Shown piece by piece: positions 55,087 to 63,758 of a stretch of DNA of 64,000 nt (position 1 is its first letter; each line of letters opens with the position of its first letter). The DNA lies in the NCBI GenBank assembly GCA_938004065.1, contig CALKWM010000038.1, positions 66,466 to 130,465 on the forward strand, written 5' to 3'. The notes under the pieces are model-generated. The model was not told the DNA's origin. It worked only from the letters and a program-made list of their open reading frames with translations, and ran no database searches. The translations under genes and the position numbers were made by a program. Source of the DNA: an uncultured bacterium. Lineage in GTDB: Bacteria > Patescibacteriota > JAHJAL01.

Positions 55087-55775
55087 CCAAAGTCGCCAAT
55101 CTGAAGGACGGGATCGTTCCTGCTCAAGTCGGCTCGCCGACCGCTCTGGTACCAGTAGGCATAGCCGACATTGCCGGACGCGGGAAACCAGGTGGCGAGC
55201 AAGTAACAACCTTTGCCGTGACCTTGGTAATCATCGATCACTTGATTGGTTTTGGTGAGGTGAGTGACAAAGCGAACAAGCCAGTCTTCGTGGGTGAGGC
55301 CGGATTCGTGTTGGTAAGGAGAATCGGGTAATTTGTCTTTGAAAGTTTGGAGATATTTATTTGGTTTTTGATTGGCAGTGAGTTGGGGACGATCACCGAT
55401 GGTTTGGCCTTGGCCTTTGGCCGGAATATTGATGTTGTCTTCGAAGAGCTTGAGTTCCCAACCCAGGCAGGGGTCGTTGGTTTGGATTTGTTGTTTGATA
55501 ATATCAGCTTTGGTTTGGCCGCCATGTTTTTGAGTCTCGGTTTCATCCTCTGTTTTGATGAATGCCTGGGGATAGTAAAAGATGGCATTGGGGTCGTAGT
55601 AGCCTGATTTATCATCTGCTCCCCAGACCCAGAGGGGTTGGGAAGTGTCAAGTGTGAGGGGGACGAGTGCTTCCGCGGGATCGGCGGGATCTTTTTTGGC
55701 GGTAAAGAGTTTTTTAGCTTCATGATGTTTCAAAATTTGTGTTTTGGCAATTTCAGCCAGATTGGGAATAGACAT
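55053..55775 (-). CDS. hypothetical protein; C-terminal 240-aa segment of a probably disrupted gene
   Basis: ORF as called in the track. Protein-like translation continues in-frame upstream of the ATG at 55775 without an obvious start codon. The last ~11 codons and the stop are supplied by the 115-bp repeat. Confidence 0.55.
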   Translation of the reverse strand: MSIPNLAEIAKTQILKHHEAKKLFTAKKDPADPAEALVPLTLDTSQPLWVWGADDKSGYYDPNAIFYYPQAFIKTEDETETQKHGGQTKADIIKQQIQTNDPCLGWELKLFEDNINIPAKGQGQTIGDRPQLTANQKPNKYLQTFKDKLPDSPYQHESGLTHEDWLVRFVTHLTKTNQVIDDYQGHGKGCYLLATWFPASGNVGYAYWYQSGRRADLSRNDPVLQIGDFGSRSAVRVSKS

Positions 55776-56270
55776 GGCGAAGGGAGTTAGTTGGAGGCGG
55801 GTGAAGCCCTGAGAAGTTTTGTAGTTGATCTTTTCTTTGTTTTCTTTGAGTCGTTGTTTGACAGCTTCAAAGGTGGGAAAGGGATATTCCCGAGGTTGAT
55901 CGGGATGATCAGGATCAAGGCCATTGATACCGAGTTGGCCGGTGCTTAATTTCTTTAGTATCCCGATTTTAGTGAAGATCTCTTTTTGTGATTCGTATTG
56001 TTCCTTGACCGAGGCGAGGGAGAGATGTTCAAAGGGCCAGAGATGATTCTCTAATTATACAGTTTCTCGCTCCAGTTTGGTTTTGACTTTCCAGGCGGAT
56101 TGCAAGAGAGGACGAACCGAGGGGTCGCTTAGGTCGGGTGAGAGGGTTTTAGCTTTATCGAGCAGATCGCACATGAGTTTTTGCGACTCTTTGATACGAT
56201 CCAGGTCGCGGGTGAGTGTTTCGCATGATGGTTTGGTGGTTGATGGGGGTTGTTTTAAATTTGAGGGCAT
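55053..56270 (-). pseudogene. possible disrupted gene: 71-aa ORF (56055..56270), an in-frame TAA, then ~93 start-less codons and the 240-aa ORF
   Basis: Track coordinates place ATG 56270 and ATG 55775 in the same frame (495 nt apart), with the stop at 56055..56057 between them. My manual translation of 55776..56054 gives continuous protein-like sequence (...LGINGLDPDHPDQPREYPFPTFEAVKQRLKENKEKINYKTSQGFTRLQLTPFA|MSIPNL). A +/-1 uncertainty remains in my hand count of this stretch, so frameshift versus nonsense cannot be decided here. Confidence 0.35.
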
Positions 56271-56344
56271 AGGTAGTTATTATTAGCTTTTGAGTAATAC
56301 CAGAGGATGAATATAACTATATTAAGAAATCACAAAAGAGCAAC

Positions 56345-57478
56345 TTATTGAACATCCAAAAACTTTAAATAGTTTTTCGTATTGATTATTTGAATTTTTG
56401 CTTCCGGATACGTAACCTGGAATTCTCGGGAAAATTTCTTTTTATCTGGTGAATATTTGAATTCGTATGCATACAGATTGCCGTTTCTTTCCTCTATCCA
56501 GTCAACTTCTTGTTGGTCCCATGTACGCCAGAAATAGTTATTGCTAATTATTTGGGAATATTTTTGACATTTAATACGTTCGGTTACTAGAAAATTTTCC
56601 CATAGTTGACCTATATCGTTTCTAATTTCCAGAGGGTTGAAATTGGCAATTATTGCATTTCGAATTCCATTATCATAAAAATAATATTTGCTCTTTTTAG
56701 TAATCTCTTTGCGAAGGTTTTTTGAATACCCTCTCAGATTGTAAATAATAAATGACTTTTCCAAAAGATCCAGATATCGTTTGACTGTTTTATAATCCAG
56801 TCCTACTTGCCCACCCAATTCGGTCAGCGAAACTTCGTTACCAACTTGATATGCAATCAGACGAAGTAAATCAAGAAGTAATTTGGGTGACCTGACTTTG
56901 TCAAGTTCCAAGATATCTTTGAACAAGTAGGAGTTAGTGATTTCCTCCAGAGTACTGACTTTCTCACTATTGTCAGGCGCTGTGATGACAGCGGGATAAC
57001 TACCAAAGACAAGTATTTCATTGAGTTTTTGTTTTAGTTCAAAATGATTGTACAATCCAGCTAGCTCCATCTGGGAAACCGGATACATGATGAGGGTTTT
57101 TTTACGCCCGGTTAGTGGCTCTCCTACTTGTCCGGCCAATTCAAATGACGATGAGCCGGTGGCGATAATTTTGATATCGGGAATATTGTCCACCAATATC
57201 TTGAGACCAATGCCGATAGCGGGTATTCTTTGGGCTTCATCAATAACTATTAGATCGTATCCGGAGGCATATTCTTTGATTTTGGTAAAATCTTCGGAGT
57301 TAAGCACTTGTCTGGTAGAGATATTGTCACCAGAATCAAATTTGTGTTTTAAGTCTGTTTGAGAGAGAAAATCTTGCAACAGGGTTGTCTTGCCAACCTG
57401 CCTGGAGCCATATATGACTAAAACCTTGTTGGGAACAAGATAAGTGCTTAAGTCTTGGTATTTTCTTGGTATTTTCAT
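56345..57478 (-). CDS. AAA+ ATPase of the AAA_14/DUF4143 family (second, divergent copy)
   Basis: 377 aa. Walker A IYGSRQVGKTTLL and Walker B LIVIDEAQ. The C-terminal DUF4143-like region is present. Divergent paralog of 52272..53525. Confidence 0.8.
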   Translation of the reverse strand: MKIPRKYQDLSTYLVPNKVLVIYGSRQVGKTTLLQDFLSQTDLKHKFDSGDNISTRQVLNSEDFTKIKEYASGYDLIVIDEAQRIPAIGIGLKILVDNIPDIKIIATGSSSFELAGQVGEPLTGRKKTLIMYPVSQMELAGLYNHFELKQKLNEILVFGSYPAVITAPDNSEKVSTLEEITNSYLFKDILELDKVRSPKLLLDLLRLIAYQVGNEVSLTELGGQVGLDYKTVKRYLDLLEKSFIIYNLRGYSKNLRKEITKKSKYYFYDNGIRNAIIANFNPLEIRNDIGQLWENFLVTERIKCQKYSQIISNNYFWRTWDQQEVDWIEERNGNLYAYEFKYSPDKKKFSREFQVTYPEAKIQIINTKNYLKFLDVQ

Positions 57479-57725
57479 GTTTTTATTATACTATATCATC
57501 CTCATTATTGTCAAATTTCGAGGAGTTTCACTACTACTAATATTGGTATTCTAATCATATGAACTATTCTATATTTACATTATGAGGCAGATTACTATTC
57601 ACCACATTCAGATATTTTTAATGTTTTCTGTAAATAATCTAAAAGAACTAAACCACGAAAAGTTCAAGGGAACCCGCTTACGTTCTAAAAAAACAAACTA
57701 CGGCAGGACAAGAAAGAAGAAAACC

Positions 57726-57846
57726 AAAGGAAAAAAGAATAAAGAAAGCTTAAAGACCCCCGCCCAAGGCGGGTCTCCTCCAAAGGCGGACAAGCGCCTC
57801 GGGCGGAAAAGATTAAGATTTTGATACTCTCACCGCGGAACGGGAA
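57726..57846. repeat. 115-bp direct repeat, copy 2 (downstream of the pgi/pmi stop)
   Basis: Identical to copy 1. Located 66-186 nt past the stop of 57912..59045 on the transcribed strand. Confidence 0.85.
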
Positions 57847-57911
57847 TTTGAACTATTGGTTATAGTTTGGAGATTTGAGTTTTGATTTTTTAGTTATTGA
57901 ACACCTGGATA

Positions 57912-59045
57912 TCAAGAATTGATAATTGTCTCCACCCATTCCCCCGTCTTGAGCATTCCCTTTAGCTCTTCGATAGCGGTAAATGGCACCGGGTCATGGC
58001 CCAGCAAGAAAGCCAGATAGACGCTGACGTAATCACCTAAAATCACGCCTTTGCAGATACCGCCGGTATAATTGTCATTATCGATTTCGTAGATACTGAT
58101 ATCAAATCCTTGTTTTGAAAATGTTTCCCGGATAATATCGGATCGTTTAAAATTGCGGGGATGATATAAATTGCTTTTGAGGATTAGGATATTGATCGTT
58201 TTTTTTAATTCCGTCGAGCATTCCAAACCTTGTTGAGCGTTATGGTTAAGCTCGGGGATTTCTTCGAAATATGAAGGAATTTTGGTATTTTCGTTGAATT
58301 CCCCTTTCCACCGCCTGGCAACCACAGATAAATGTTCGGCGCCAAATACGACGGGGATGGAGTTGACTAAACCGGAGGCGATGTGCTTGGCAAGATTATT
58401 GTCATGATTTAATTCTTCATGGTATAGATTAACGGCCTGATTCATAACATCGATAGCTTCGAGCAGATTAATATCAGATGAATTTAAAACTCCTTGTTTG
58501 ATCAACAATTCCAAAACTACAAAGAACGAGTGTCCCCAGGCGGTACGAGGGGGCATATTGGGTGGCAAAATAAAATATTGATCGTTATTTTCTTTGGCCA
58601 ATTCAATCAACTTGCCACCGGAGCCGAGACAAAATATTTGCGCTCCTTTGGTGCGAGCTTGAACGTAACCGGAAAGGGTTTCTTCGGTATTGCCGGAATA
58701 GCTAATGACGATGGCGAGAGTTTTTTCGTCCACCCAGTTGGGTAGATTGTAATCGCGGACGATTTGAATTGGTAGTTGTGAGTATTTTTCAATTAAGAAT
58801 TTGGCCATGTCAGCACCGATGGCCGATCCGCCCATGGCACAAACGATTATTTTGTCGAAATTCATTGATTGTGATTCTTGGGCTGTGAATTGTTCCCAAA
58901 CTTTTTGGATTTGATTGGGGGTATCTTTGAGAATTGGCAAATACCCCGATGGATCAGCTTTTTTAATCTCTTCGATGTTGTTTAGGTCGAGCATAGGTCT
59001 AAAAAATTTAATAATAAATAAATTGATTGTTTTTATTGCTTGCAC
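57912..59045 (-). CDS. bifunctional phosphoglucose/phosphomannose isomerase (SIS-domain, archaeal-type PGI/PMI)
   Basis: 377 aa. SIS-domain signatures IIVCAMGGSAIGAD and LAIVISYSGNTEET. The C-terminal half is typical of the bifunctional PGI/PMI family. The true start may be the internal Met (MLDLNNIEE). Confidence 0.75.
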   Translation of the reverse strand: MQAIKTINLFIIKFFRPMLDLNNIEEIKKADPSGYLPILKDTPNQIQKVWEQFTAQESQSMNFDKIIVCAMGGSAIGADMAKFLIEKYSQLPIQIVRDYNLPNWVDEKTLAIVISYSGNTEETLSGYVQARTKGAQIFCLGSGGKLIELAKENNDQYFILPPNMPPRTAWGHSFFVVLELLIKQGVLNSSDINLLEAIDVMNQAVNLYHEELNHDNNLAKHIASGLVNSIPVVFGAEHLSVVARRWKGEFNENTKIPSYFEEIPELNHNAQQGLECSTELKKTINILILKSNLYHPRNFKRSDIIRETFSKQGFDISIYEIDNDNYTGGICKGVILGDYVSVYLAFLLGHDPVPFTAIEELKGMLKTGEWVETIINS

Positions 59046-59082
59046 AAAAGACGAATAATATTCAGTAAGAAAAGGTTAAATT

Positions 59083-59217
59083 ATGAGTAGTGCTAAATAA
59101 AAATAAAAAATATGGTATGGATCCCCGATATCGAATCGCCCGCCTCCACCGATTCGGCGGATCGGCGGACTTTCGATTCGAGGATGACAGATAAGAAAAT
59201 TAATTAGCACTACTCAT
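59083..59217. repeat. 135-bp composite palindrome: 14-bp perfect inverted repeats ATGAGTAGTGCTAA / TTAGCACTACTCAT flanking element C (MITE-like)
   Basis: 59083..59096 is the exact reverse complement of 59204..59217. Element C sits symmetrically inside with 22- and 13-bp spacers. Confidence 0.6.
59119..59190 (+). repeat. palindromic intergenic element, copy C (GGATCCCCGA-N48-TTCGAGGATGACAG) with extra GC-rich inner hairpin
   Basis: Outer stem with one mismatch. Inner stem ATCGAA...TTCGAT encloses CCGCC...GGCGG hairpins. Lies in the divergent pgi/lipoprotein intergenic region. Confidence 0.55.
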
Positions 59218-59421
59218 TAAATTTTTAAATTGTGAAAATAAATTTTGCAATGCGACCATTTGGCCATCTAATAATTTATGTACCGCCTCTACTGCTAGGT
59301 CATATTCTTATCTAAAAAAATGGGATAATTTATCTAACTTTTTCATTCCTCCTTTATTTTATCGCGTACAAAAAATATAATAAAGTAAGTGTGATTTATT
59401 ACAAATTTTTAGAACAGATTT

Positions 59422-60186
59422 ATGGTCCATAAACTAAAACTATCGCTCTGGTTAATACCGGTATTGTTTTTTACGGGATGCATCAACAATCAGGTCAATC
59501 CGAATATCGCTCAAATTGATCAACAAGCATTAACATTGCGAAATCATATTTACGAGATTAGCGGTGATGATGGTTATTATCAGAACGAAAATATTGACTT
59601 TGCGTTGATTAAAAGGGTCAAAGATAGTGTCGGAGAAAATTTAAAAAACATTTTGGTAGCGTATAACGATCAAAAGTTGGAATATGATATTTATCAAGAG
59701 GGATTGGATAAATCCATCAGTTTGATGTATTTTTGTTGGATAGAACAAGCCGATGCAGCGAGGAGAAATAACGATTTGGAAAATTTAAATTTTATCCGGG
59801 AAGAAGAGTCGGATTTTTCGAGACAAGAAGCAATCCAAAAATGGATCGATGAAAATGAAAAGGGGGAATACTATGAAAAAATTGAGAATTATTTTTCGTT
59901 GGTTCCGGAGTTAATATCCAAGGGAAGCGAAATCGATGCAAACAACCAAAAACTGAATGAATTGAAAACGCAAGCGGAAGGTTTGCAGGTTGATGGCAAC
60001 ATAGTGGAATACAATCTGGTGGCCGATGAATACAATGCTTTGCTGGAACAAAACAATCAAATGATAGATGAATACAATACCCAGTTGGAAGAGATTGATT
60101 ACGAAAATGTATTTAATAATTTTATGAAATTCATCGACGTATCTTACATTTTTCCCGGACAAGACACAATTCCGTTAGCAAAGTAA
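59422..60186 (+). CDS. putative lipoprotein (hypothetical)
   Basis: 254 aa. Signal peptide with lipobox (LIPVLFFTG|C). Acidic and coiled. Faint LemA-like C-terminal resemblance, not confirmed. Confidence 0.6.
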   Translation: MVHKLKLSLWLIPVLFFTGCINNQVNPNIAQIDQQALTLRNHIYEISGDDGYYQNENIDFALIKRVKDSVGENLKNILVAYNDQKLEYDIYQEGLDKSISLMYFCWIEQADAARRNNDLENLNFIREEESDFSRQEAIQKWIDENEKGEYYEKIENYFSLVPELISKGSEIDANNQKLNELKTQAEGLQVDGNIVEYNLVADEYNALLEQNNQMIDEYNTQLEEIDYENVFNNFMKFIDVSYIFPGQDTIPLAK

Positions 60187-60228
60187 AATTGATACAATAT
60201 TAACTTGAAAAAAATATAAGCAAATCTT

Positions 60229-61482
60229 GTGTTTAACGCGATAAAAATTAATTTGCATTTACCAAATAAAAATAACCTAATTTATACTATGTATAAAAAC
60301 TTTTTGAAGATATTGTTCATAGCAATCTTTGGAACAATCTTGAATACAGGTTTTATTCATGCCAAGCAAGATCTTTATGATGTGTCTGTCTTTACCGCCG
60401 ATAGTTGCGGGCACTGCCAAGATCTAGAAGAATGGCTAAATACAAAACCGGAAATAAAAGTAAAATACTATAACCTCGCCGAAAAAGAAAATGTTGAGCT
60501 GTTTGTAGAGTTTACCGACAAATTTGAAGTAGCCAAAGTTACTCCGATAATTTTAGCGGGAGACAAAGTAATCGAGGGATTCGGGTCGGCACAAACTACC
60601 GGCGGGCAGATTTTGGAGCTGGTTAGCCAAGGGCAAAAGAACAGTTTCGAAAACTTTCTGGCGGAAAATACCAGTTTAAATGATGACGGTGATAATAGTG
60701 CTTGCGATATTGGTGAACGGTGTAGCGAAGGTGAGGGACTGGTGTTTGACGTCCCATTTTTTGGACAAGTCGATTTTTCCGCGTATTCCATGCCCAGTTT
60801 ATCTCTGATTTTTGGTTTTATCGATGGTTTTAACCCATGTGCAATGTGGGTTTTGATAATGTTTATAACTATGATTGCTCAAGCTAAAAGCAAAAGAAAG
60901 ATGTGGGATCTGGTGTTTGTATTTATGATTGCGGAAGCGGTTATGTATTTTGCGATTTTAAATTTATGGTTTTCCACTTGGAATTTTGTGCAACTGGATC
61001 AATATGTAACACCAATAATCGGTTTGGTATCAATCGGTGCCGGCGGATTTTTTCTGTGGGAATACCTGACCACCAAAGCCGGTGAGTGCAAGATTATCAA
61101 TGAGAAAACTCGCATGAGCACCACCAATCGAATAACTCAACTGGTCAATTCTCCACTTTCGATTGCTACATTTTTGGGGACGATCGGGATAGCTTTTTCG
61201 GTCAACGTGGTGGAATTTGCCTGCAGTATCGGCATCCCGCAAGCATTTACCAAAATTTTAGACATCAATGATTACAGTTTCTGGTTGCGGGAATTTTATA
61301 TCGCGCTTTACACCATGGCCTATATGGCTGATGATGTTATCGTTTTTGTAATAGTAATCTATGCTATCTCGTATTTGGCGCTTACAACCAAGTATTCCAA
61401 ATACTGCCAATTGATTGGCGGATTACTGATGCTGCTGCTTGGTGGCATCATGATTTATGATCCGACCTTGCTAAAGTTCTAA
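60229..61482 (+). CDS. thioredoxin-fold CxxC domain fused to a DsbD/CcdA-family transmembrane thiol-disulfide transporter
   Basis: The track ORF starts at GTG 60229. A likelier ATG at 60289 gives signal peptide MYKNFLKILFIAIFGTILNTGFIHA. Periplasmic CGHC thioredoxin motif (FTADSCGHCQDLEEW). A multi-TM domain follows with Cys in two TM helices (GFNPCAMWVLIMF; EFACSIGIP), as in DsbD_2/CcdA. Confidence 0.7.
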   Translation: MFNAIKINLHLPNKNNLIYTMYKNFLKILFIAIFGTILNTGFIHAKQDLYDVSVFTADSCGHCQDLEEWLNTKPEIKVKYYNLAEKENVELFVEFTDKFEVAKVTPIILAGDKVIEGFGSAQTTGGQILELVSQGQKNSFENFLAENTSLNDDGDNSACDIGERCSEGEGLVFDVPFFGQVDFSAYSMPSLSLIFGFIDGFNPCAMWVLIMFITMIAQAKSKRKMWDLVFVFMIAEAVMYFAILNLWFSTWNFVQLDQYVTPIIGLVSIGAGGFFLWEYLTTKAGECKIINEKTRMSTTNRITQLVNSPLSIATFLGTIGIAFSVNVVEFACSIGIPQAFTKILDINDYSFWLREFYIALYTMAYMADDVIVFVIVIYAISYLALTTKYSKYCQLIGGLLMLLLGGIMIYDPTLLKF

Positions 61483-61494
61483 GTTAATAATTTT

Positions 61495-61632
61495 TTGTCA
61501 TCCTGAACCCGAGATGAGTTCGCCGAATAGGCGGATGAATACTCGAGCGATTCAGGATCTATGGACAAAAAATTTTTTATAGATCCTGAATAGCTTGAAG
61601 CGCCTAAAGGGCTTTCAGGTTCAGGATGACAA
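61495..61632. repeat. head-to-head pair of the palindromic element (copies D1 reverse and D2 forward) flanking an A6T6 palindrome; likely bidirectional terminator between convergent genes
   Basis: D1 61495..61559 is TTGTCATCCTGAA...TTCAGGATC, the reverse complement of the copy-A organisation. The centre is caaAAAAATTTTTTat. D2 61582..61632 is AGATCCTGAA...TTCAGGTTCAGGATGACAA. The pair sits 13 bp after the stop of 60229..61482 and ends 4 bp before the stop of 61636..62082. Confidence 0.6.
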
Positions 61633-61635
61633 GTC

Positions 61636-62082
61636 TTAGCAATAGATACAATTCAACGCATCCAAACATAATACTCTGACATTGTCCAATAAAAATGTGG
61701 ATGCTTCCAATTCTTCCGCGGAATACCAGTGATAATTTTTTTGTTCATCTTCAGGGATGCAAAGCTGGTCGGTATCACTCCGAGCATAAAAAACCAGATC
61801 GATGTGCTGATGTCCCGGCTGGATGTCTTCCAACAAGATATGAGCGGGACGGGTAAGTTGTCTGGCATCAGATAGATCCATATTGATATCCGGATCGTAG
61901 ATTTCGACATCGAGACCGGATTCTTCTTTGACTTCTCTTAGAGCGGCAGTGGTGGGCAGTTCATCTCGTTCGATATGGCCGCCAACCGGTAACCAGGTAT
62001 TCAATTTTTTATGAAGATGCAGTAAGACTTTTTGATTGTAAACGATGATGGTGGTGGCAGTATAATGACGAGTTGTTTCCAT
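61636..62082 (-). CDS. NUDIX hydrolase
   Basis: 148 aa with a canonical Nudix box: GGHIERDELPTTAALREVKEESGL (G.5E.7REUXEEXGU). Confidence 0.88.
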   Translation of the reverse strand: METTRHYTATTIIVYNQKVLLHLHKKLNTWLPVGGHIERDELPTTAALREVKEESGLDVEIYDPDINMDLSDARQLTRPAHILLEDIQPGHQHIDLVFYARSDTDQLCIPEDEQKNYHWYSAEELEASTFLLDNVRVLCLDALNCIYC

Positions 62083-62193
62083 ATTTTATTTGTAAAAAAA
62101 TAAGTAATTAGTTTTATATTAGCATAGTTGTTAATAATATAAAAAAATCCCGTTTATTAAAAACTGTGGGATTTTAAGATTTTCATAACAAAA

Positions 62194-62979
62194 TTATTTT
62201 TCCAGTAGTATTTCCAGCGCAACCCTATACAACTCTTCACGAGTTTGTTGCCGGTATTGCTGACGTGCCATGTGAGTTGTGTCTTCAACTTTTTCGAAAT
62301 TGGCTAGATCTTCACAGATTTGCAACACAACCACGGCCGGAACTTCAAAGTGGTTGGAAACGGCCAATACTGTTGACCCCTCCATTTCCACTCCAAAGTA
62401 TCCTGTTTTTTGCCAACTTTGGATATCAGTCATGCTTTCACCTAGCATTGCCTGACATGTAGTGGTGGAGCCATTATTTATTTTATATCTTGTAAGTTTT
62501 TGAGTGAATTTTTCGATCAGTTCTTGAGAGGCGCGATGTTGATGAGCGAGAGCGCAACGGGGATTTTTTTCCTGGTATATGCGCGTGGTACTCTCATTGC
62601 CCCAAATAACATCGGGGATGATCAGTTCGTCCGGTTTGATATCGGGATGCAGATTGCCGCAGCTTCCCAATAAAATATTTTTTTGACTGCCAAACAAACA
62701 AGCCAGATGAACGTTTTCCGATAATCTGGTACCGCCGTAAGCGACGTTATACCAGTAAGTCTTATGGTCAAATTTAAATTCAATAATACTATCTAAGAAT
62801 CTTTCCAGTCTTCTGGTGCTTTTTTTGGGTATTTTAAATTTTTTGATAGCTTGAAAAAATATTTTTTCCTGTTTTTGGGAGTAAAAACTACCAAAGTTTA
62901 AAAAACCATCAATACAATAATTCGATGGGAGATGGAATTTTTGTCGCCAGTCATCGACCGTCATTTCATAATAATACAT
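62194..62979 (-). CDS. nucleoside phosphorylase family protein (PNP_UDP_1; MTA/SAH-nucleosidase or PNP-like)
   Basis: 261 aa. Phosphorylase-family motifs are present: YGGTRLSE, GSCGNL and GVEMEGSTVLAV. Confidence 0.7.
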   Translation of the reverse strand: MYYYEMTVDDWRQKFHLPSNYCIDGFLNFGSFYSQKQEKIFFQAIKKFKIPKKSTRRLERFLDSIIEFKFDHKTYWYNVAYGGTRLSENVHLACLFGSQKNILLGSCGNLHPDIKPDELIIPDVIWGNESTTRIYQEKNPRCALAHQHRASQELIEKFTQKLTRYKINNGSTTTCQAMLGESMTDIQSWQKTGYFGVEMEGSTVLAVSNHFEVPAVVVLQICEDLANFEKVEDTTHMARQQYRQQTREELYRVALEILLEK

Positions 62980-63083
62980 TTATTTGTCACATCCTTTTTT
63001 AAAGATCGCAATATGTCTACGTGCTTGTTTTGTATCATCTTTAAGCTGTTCCCGTCAATATTGTTTGGTGGTAAAATCTAGTT

Positions 63084-63707
63084 ATGAAAGATATATATCA
63101 ACAATTGCATATAGTCGATGGCAACAGGCATACTGCACTATCTCGCGAAGAGGGAGAGTTTTTGTATCGATTTGTCAGAGACAGAAAATTTATCAAGACG
63201 TTGGAGATTGGTCTGGCGTATGGTGTTTCGACAGCATACATAATGACGGCGACAAATTCCATTCATTACGCTATCGATCCGTTTCAAAATAGCGAGAAAT
63301 ATGATCGTGCCGGATTAAAAAATATCGAAAAGTTGGGACTCAAGAAAAATTTGAAATATATTGAAGACTTTTCATGTCTGGCTTTGCCAAGTTTGTGTAA
63401 CAAAAATTTTAAATTTGAATTTGTTTTTGTTGATGGCAGTCATAAATTTGACGATCAATTTGTTGATTTTTATTTTATAGATTTGCTACTGGCCGTCGAG
63501 GGTGTGGTTATATTTCATGATGTGTGGACTCCGCAAGTTAGGACTTTGTTGTCCTGGATAGAGACAAACAAAAAGTGTTATCATAAAGTCGATATAGAAA
63601 ACGAAAGTTTTGTGATTATAGAAAAAATTAAAAATGATGACAGGAAATGGTTTGATTTTAAAAGGTTTGCAGTTACAGTGGATGGCAATGTAAGTCGCTA
63701 TATGTAG
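63084..63707 (+). CDS. class I SAM-dependent methyltransferase (Methyltransf_24-like)
   Basis: 207 aa. Motif I-like TLEIGLAYGVSTAYI. VFVDGSHKFDDQFVDF resembles cephalosporin-hydroxylase-like/O-MTase family 3 members. Confidence 0.7.
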   Translation: MKDIYQQLHIVDGNRHTALSREEGEFLYRFVRDRKFIKTLEIGLAYGVSTAYIMTATNSIHYAIDPFQNSEKYDRAGLKNIEKLGLKKNLKYIEDFSCLALPSLCNKNFKFEFVFVDGSHKFDDQFVDFYFIDLLLAVEGVVIFHDVWTPQVRTLLSWIETNKKCYHKVDIENESFVIIEKIKNDDRKWFDFKRFAVTVDGNVSRYM

Positions 63708-63758
63708 TGGCATACTTTTTTTAAAAAAAATTTTTAGTCAAAATTTGACGTCAAAAAA

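Noticed and set aside
57582-57824. 80-aa K/R-rich plus-strand ORF overlapping the 115-bp repeat (and mirror ORF 54958..55209)
   Set aside because: The basic composition is a translation artefact of the GC-rich hairpin repeat. It sits in the 3' flank of a minus-strand gene and is duplicated with the repeat.
54966-57846. CRISPR array or tRNA/tmRNA genes in the GC-rich repeats
   Set aside because: There are only two 115-bp copies 2.76 kb apart and five dissimilar-length palindromes, with no short regular repeat-spacer periodicity. No cloverleaf-compatible sequence with GTTC-type T-loop was found by eye.
62984-63292. 102-aa plus ORF overlapping the start of the methyltransferase gene
   Set aside because: It is out of frame with the well-supported MTase ORF 63084..63707 and has a low-complexity Cys/Ser-rich translation.
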